The notes beneath the pieces were generated by a model that made no database searches, had not been told where the DNA came from, and saw only the letters and a program-made list of their open reading frames with translations. From the NCBI GenBank assembly GCA_036479435.1, contig JAZGFI010000093.1, forward strand, positions 1-53,598: a stretch of 53,598 bases of DNA, written 5' to 3'. The stretch comes from Planctomycetota bacterium. Its GTDB lineage: Bacteria; Planctomycetota; GCA-002687715; DRQF01. The position numbers and the translations under genes were made by a program. Of the stretch, positions 49,744-53,598 are shown in pieces. Within the stretch, counting starts at the first letter, position 1; each line of letters opens with the position of its first letter.

Positions 49744-50892
49744 TCATTTGATTTCTCGCATCGAGACCGCACAGCCTTCCTTCGCCGACACCAGGGCCGC
49801 TTCGAGGACCCGCTGGGTCTCGTAGGCGTCCGCAAAATCCGGCAGGGGCAACTCGGGCTTGCGTTTCGCGATCACACGCATGATGTCCGCGGCCATGTTG
49901 GTGAAGCCGTGCTCGTAGCCCAGGACATGAGCATCCGGCCACCAAGCCTCCATGTAGGGGTGATTCCCCGCTGAGGTACACATGATGCGTCGCCAGCCGC
50001 CTTCGCGGGCGCCATCGGCGGCATCGAAGAAGCGCAGGACGTTCATGTCTTCAAAGTCGAAAGCGATCGAGCCTTTTTCACCGTTGATCTCAATCGTGTT
50101 GCGATTGAGATGCCCAGGGGCTAAGCGCGAAGCCTCAAAACTCGCAGTGGCGCCGCTGCGAAAAGTCGCCAGGAATTGGAGGGCATCGTCGACGTTGCTA
50201 CGGCCCTTTCTCTTGGGATTGCTGAGCAGCGGGCGGTCCTTCACGAAAGTCGAAGCGATCGCACCATGAACGCGATCAATCGAGTCGCCAGTGAGAAAGC
50301 GCGCGAGGTCAACCAGGTGCGCATTGAGGTCGCCATGGGCGCCAGAACCCGCGAGCTTTTTCTGAAAACGCCAAGACAAAGGCGTCGCCGGCCCTCCCCA
50401 GCTTTGCAAATAAGTCGCGCGCACATGATAGATCTTGCCGAGCCGCCCTTCTCGGATCAGCCGATAGGCCGTGCCCACCGCGGGACAGCGGCGGTAGTTA
50501 AACCAGACGAAGGTCTTACAACCCGAGCGCTTGGCCGCGTCGCGCATCCCGCGTGCATCCTCAAGGTTCGTCGCCAATGGCTTTTCACAGGCGACGTGCT
50601 TGCCCGCCTCCAACATCGCGATCGCCTGTTCAGCGTGCAGAAAGTTCGGCGTTGCGATGTCAACCAGGTCAATCTCAGAATCGCGTTCGATATCGCGCCA
50701 GCGCGTCGTCGTATGAGCCCAGCCAAAACGCTGAGCGAATACCGTCAGCTCTTCGCCGTCCTTGGCCGCCACGGTGTGTAGCTCAGGAATCCTCGGCAGA
50801 TCAAAGAATTTCGCGGCCTGAGACCAGGCGTTGCTATGCGCCTTCCCCATGAACTTTTGGCCGATGAGCGCGATGCGGCAACTTTTGGGCAT
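49744..50892 (-). CDS. Gfo/Idh/MocA family oxidoreductase (sugar/glycoside dehydrogenase-like)
   Basis: IGQKFMGKAH, GKHVACEKP, FNYRRCP, GDLNAHLVD, GYEHGF. Confidence 0.92.
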   Translation of the reverse strand: MPKSCRIALIGQKFMGKAHSNAWSQAAKFFDLPRIPELHTVAAKDGEELTVFAQRFGWAHTTTRWRDIERDSEIDLVDIATPNFLHAEQAIAMLEAGKHVACEKPLATNLEDARGMRDAAKRSGCKTFVWFNYRRCPAVGTAYRLIREGRLGKIYHVRATYLQSWGGPATPLSWRFQKKLAGSGAHGDLNAHLVDLARFLTGDSIDRVHGAIASTFVKDRPLLSNPKRKGRSNVDDALQFLATFRSGATASFEASRLAPGHLNRNTIEINGEKGSIAFDFEDMNVLRFFDAADGAREGGWRRIMCTSAGNHPYMEAWWPDAHVLGYEHGFTNMAADIMRVIAKRKPELPLPDFADAYETQRVLEAALVSAKEGCAVSMREIK

Positions 50893-50939
50893 CCCAAACC
50901 TCCACTGCTAAGATCCTCGCCCTGCCCCCTGCGGGTACC

Positions 50940-51287
50940 TTGGCTTTCGACTATCACCCAAAGGATGGTGCCGTGGAATTTCGCGAGATCAATATCGGCG
51001 ACGCAAAGAAAAGACTCGATGATGATTCCGCCCTGTTCGTAGACATCCGAGATCGCGGGTCTTTCGAAGCGTCCCGGATACCTGGAGCGACCTGGCTGGG
51101 GAACGACAACATCAACGCCTTTTTGGCCGATACGGCCAAAGATCGGCCCCTGATCGTCTACTGCTACCACGGCAACAACAGCAAGATGGGGTCGAGTTTC
51201 TTGGCAGAACAGGGCTACGCCGAGGTTTTCAGCATGGCCGGCGGGTTCGAGGTCTGGCGTCATTTGCACGAATTCGAGGCCGAGTAA
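50940..51287 (+). CDS. glpE: Single-domain rhodanese / thiosulfate sulfurtransferase
   Basis: VDIRD, RIPGA, active-site loop CYHGNNS (GlpE has CYHGNSS), GGFEVW. Confidence 0.85.
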   Translation: MAFDYHPKDGAVEFREINIGDAKKRLDDDSALFVDIRDRGSFEASRIPGATWLGNDNINAFLADTAKDRPLIVYCYHGNNSKMGSSFLAEQGYAEVFSMAGGFEVWRHLHEFEAE

Positions 51288-51358
51288 GCTCAAAATTGCT
51301 TGGTGAACAAAGAAGCGTTCTTTAGGCTCGGAGGTCTCTCTTCTCGCTGGAGCTGACC

Positions 51359-52180
51359 ATGACTACGCGCCTATCCCCCATCTTGTTGCTTGCGTTCGCG
51401 TTCATCTGCACCGCCCCGCTCCAGGCCCAATTCGTTTTCAGCTTCGCGCCCAATGCTGATTGGACCGGCGACGGCATCATCGATTCAGTCTCCAGCAGCC
51501 CCGCCACCGGCTACACCGTCACCGATGCCGTCTCCGGCAACATCGTGTTCAACTTAGATGCCCTGGTAGACCCGAACTTCTTTGCCGGAATCTCCGACAC
51601 CGTGGTCGACCTAAACGGCCTCGTCCCGCTCGTCACCGGAATCCGCATCGCCTCCGCCGAGACCGATGGAAGCTTCACCATCATCGGTGGCTTCGTGTTC
51701 CAAGAGAAGATCTCAACTCAGCTGGTTATCGACCCCTTAACTGGCAACAACCTGGTCGAAGACATCACTTCAATCTTCTCAACTTTACCCGGCCTCGGCG
51801 CCTTCCTCCCGAGCTTGCCCGATGCCCCCATCGCCCCAGTCATCAACACGGCCACCTCGCCCAACGTCGATTTCCCCCTCTTACTCACCCCGGCCCGCCT
51901 CTTGGCCCAAGGCCTCAACCCTCTGGCCCCCATCACCATCGCCGTCATCAGCCCTGCGCTAAGCCAGCAATCCCTCAGCGTCCTCGGCGAAGACGTCTTC
52001 ATCCAGTGGTGGGACATCCAGTGCATCGAGCCCCAACTCGTAAGCCCCCAAGGCCATCTCTCCTTCGAAGCCCTCTTCGACGACCCCGCCCTCAGCGGCA
52101 TCACCTTCGGCATCCAAATCCTCCAAGGCGAATCCGACGGCAGCCTGCACAGCAGCAACGGGTTAGAAATCGCCTTCTAA
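51359..52180 (+). CDS. Secreted hypothetical protein
   Basis: SD GGAG; signal peptide ending LQA-Q; strong C-ending codon bias in this frame; acidic and beta-rich. Confidence 0.8.
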   Translation: MTTRLSPILLLAFAFICTAPLQAQFVFSFAPNADWTGDGIIDSVSSSPATGYTVTDAVSGNIVFNLDALVDPNFFAGISDTVVDLNGLVPLVTGIRIASAETDGSFTIIGGFVFQEKISTQLVIDPLTGNNLVEDITSIFSTLPGLGAFLPSLPDAPIAPVINTATSPNVDFPLLLTPARLLAQGLNPLAPITIAVISPALSQQSLSVLGEDVFIQWWDIQCIEPQLVSPQGHLSFEALFDDPALSGITFGIQILQGESDGSLHSSNGLEIAF

Positions 52181-52483
52181 GGCAAGCGCATGGTTCGCGG
52201 AGCCTCCTGCTGGGCTTTTGGAAGCAACCGCCGTCCACAGTTGTGAGGCCATTGTGAAGCAATGGACATTTCCAGCCTTCAAGGCGACACCCTGAAGCGC
52301 GGTCGCATTGACTCATCGGTTTTGCTACCGAGGCGAACCCCGTTGCCTCATCTTGGTTGTTACCCAAAACGACAAGGAGGCAACACGAAGGCCAGGGCTA
52401 CTTGACGATGAGCACCCGGCCAGACGATGGCCTGGCCCTGATTCACAGAGTTCAACGCACAACCCACATTTCCTCACTTTTAG

Positions 52484-52510
52484 CAGTCTTGACCATCTGG
52501 TGGTAGACTG
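52484..52510 (+). promoter_or_regulatory. Candidate TA promoter/operator
   Basis: Imperfect palindrome CAGTCT..ACCA..TGGT-AGACTG containing an extended -10-like TGGTAGACT, about 30 bp upstream of the antitoxin ATG. Confidence 0.4.
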
Positions 52511-52540
52511 GGAGGCGAACCCGAAAAGAGGAGAGCGCAG

Positions 52541-52801
52541 ATGAGCCGAATTTCGATCGACGTCACGGCCGACGAACACCAAAGACTGAAAGCCATGGCT
52601 GCGCTGCAAGGCAAGAGCATCAAGGACTTCGTCTTAGAGAGCACTCTGGGGCGGGTGAAGGAAGGCGACGCTTTGCTTGAGCTTGAAGCGATACTGAGAG
52701 CGAGGCTAGGGGAAGCAGAAACCGGGTCTAAGAGTTCGCGAACGGTTGGAGACATCTTCCAGCAAGCACGCGCTCAAGCTGAACAGCGGCCGGATGCCTG
52801 A
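52541..52801 (+). CDS. Type II antitoxin, ribbon-helix-helix (ParD/DUF1778-like)
   Basis: MSRISIDVT..EHQRLKAMAALQGKSIKDFVL RHH pattern; overlaps the toxin start. Confidence 0.85.
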   Translation: MSRISIDVTADEHQRLKAMAALQGKSIKDFVLESTLGRVKEGDALLELEAILRARLGEAETGSKSSRTVGDIFQQARAQAEQRPDA

Positions 52802-53120
52802 ATACGAAATCACGCCGGCAGTTGAGAATGATCTCTTGGAAATCGCACTCTACACGCTGAACGAGTGGGGACTAGACCAAATGATCCTCTACCAAAACGC
52901 TTTCGAGAAACACTTCAAAGGCATCGGCCAACTTCGGGTTCGCCTCATATCCGTCTTGAAAGATTGGCCTGAGCTTCAAATGTCTCGCTGCGAGCACCAC
53001 TACGTTTTTTCTTTGCGGCGGCTGGACGACTGCCCCTTGATTTTTGCCGTCTTTCACGAGGTCAGAGACCTGATGATTCGAGTCCAAGAACGCATCGAAG
53101 ACGACGGCATCGCGCCTTAA
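52794..53120 (+). CDS. parE: Type II toxin, RelE/ParE family
   Basis: YEITPAVENDLLEIALYT..WG..Q...Y, RCEHHYVF, IFAVFHE..DL. Start ATG 52794 lies inside the antitoxin 3' end. Confidence 0.85.
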   Translation: MPEYEITPAVENDLLEIALYTLNEWGLDQMILYQNAFEKHFKGIGQLRVRLISVLKDWPELQMSRCEHHYVFSLRRLDDCPLIFAVFHEVRDLMIRVQERIEDDGIAP

Positions 53121-53166
53121 AGTCAGATGGCGTTGCGGCCTTGCTGACAATCAGCCAGCTAAGCAC

Positions 53167-53496
53167 CTACTCCGGATTCCCGACCAGCACCCAACCCGCC
53201 CAGTCTTTCGGACCGTAGGCCGCCTTGCCGGTGCGCGGGTCTTTCTCATTCCGTAGTTGGGTCTTGGCATTCCACAGCGCTTGGTGTTTGGTCATGCCAC
53301 GACGCCAAATGCCCTGGTAGAAGCTCGTCATGAGTTTCTTGCTGGCCTCGTCGGGGACGCGCCATAAAGAGGTGATCGAGTAGCGAACGCCGGCGGAGAA
53401 AAGGGCTTCCTGCAAACTCGCGATGCCCTGCCCGGCGCGGGAATCACCGACGTTGGTTTCGCAGGCAGAAAGAACGACGAGCTCAACTGTAAGCAC
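53167..53496 (-). pseudogene. C-terminal part of a CHAT (caspase-like) domain, probably a truncated remnant
   Basis: LVVLSACET, SLWRVPD, LMTSFY, ALWNAK, DWAGWVLVG. The frame is open to the window edge, but the 34 codons upstream do not resemble CHAT. Confidence 0.6.
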
Positions 53497-53598
53497 CCAC
53501 GCATCTTGAGGCTCCCAGCATCGCGCTATTTGAGGCCGCTGTTGGCCTTCAAGTAAGTGAGGCCCACGCCGAGTTCCCTCGTCGTGAGCCTCTTTGCC

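Noticed and set aside
51460..52257. 265-aa Arg/Pro/His-rich ORF
   Set aside because: Off-frame product of the C-ending codons of the real gene at 51359-52180.
52342..52384. Integron attC site
   Set aside because: The ends do not fit RYYYAAC...GTTRRRY, and there is no integrase or cassette array.

Overview
A gene-dense, GC-rich bacterial chromosomal segment, probably from a planctomycete-like organism (inferred from the mitochondrial-type EF-G, the ACIII operon and the carboxypeptidase-regulatory and DUF1570-like secreted proteins). From left to right it holds: dusB; an S9 peptidase fused to an FGE/SUMF1-like domain; FTCD; a complete 11-gene operon for alternative complex III (actA, B, C, fused D-E, F, G-like), SCO and an A2-type caa3 oxidase; a carboxypeptidase-regulatory-repeat protein; ggt; a secreted Ca-binding protein divergent from a wHTH-STAND-TPR regulator; an IDH-family dehydrogenase; S9 and S41 peptidases; an EF-G outside the str operon, followed by a degenerate RecA-fold ATPase; a PLP aminotransferase; a HExxH metallopeptidase; a probable 3-keto (oxidation/elimination) glycoside catabolic cluster coupled to an M28 peptidase; a GlpE-like rhodanese; a secreted orphan protein; a ParDE-like toxin-antitoxin pair; and a CHAT-domain fragment. 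I saw no rRNA, tRNA, CRISPR array, transposase or integrase. The best candidates for undescribed biology are the keto-glycoside/peptidase locus, the EF-G plus pseudo-ATPase operon, and the STAND regulator/Ca-binding protein module. All family calls come from motif recognition by eye, not from database searches.
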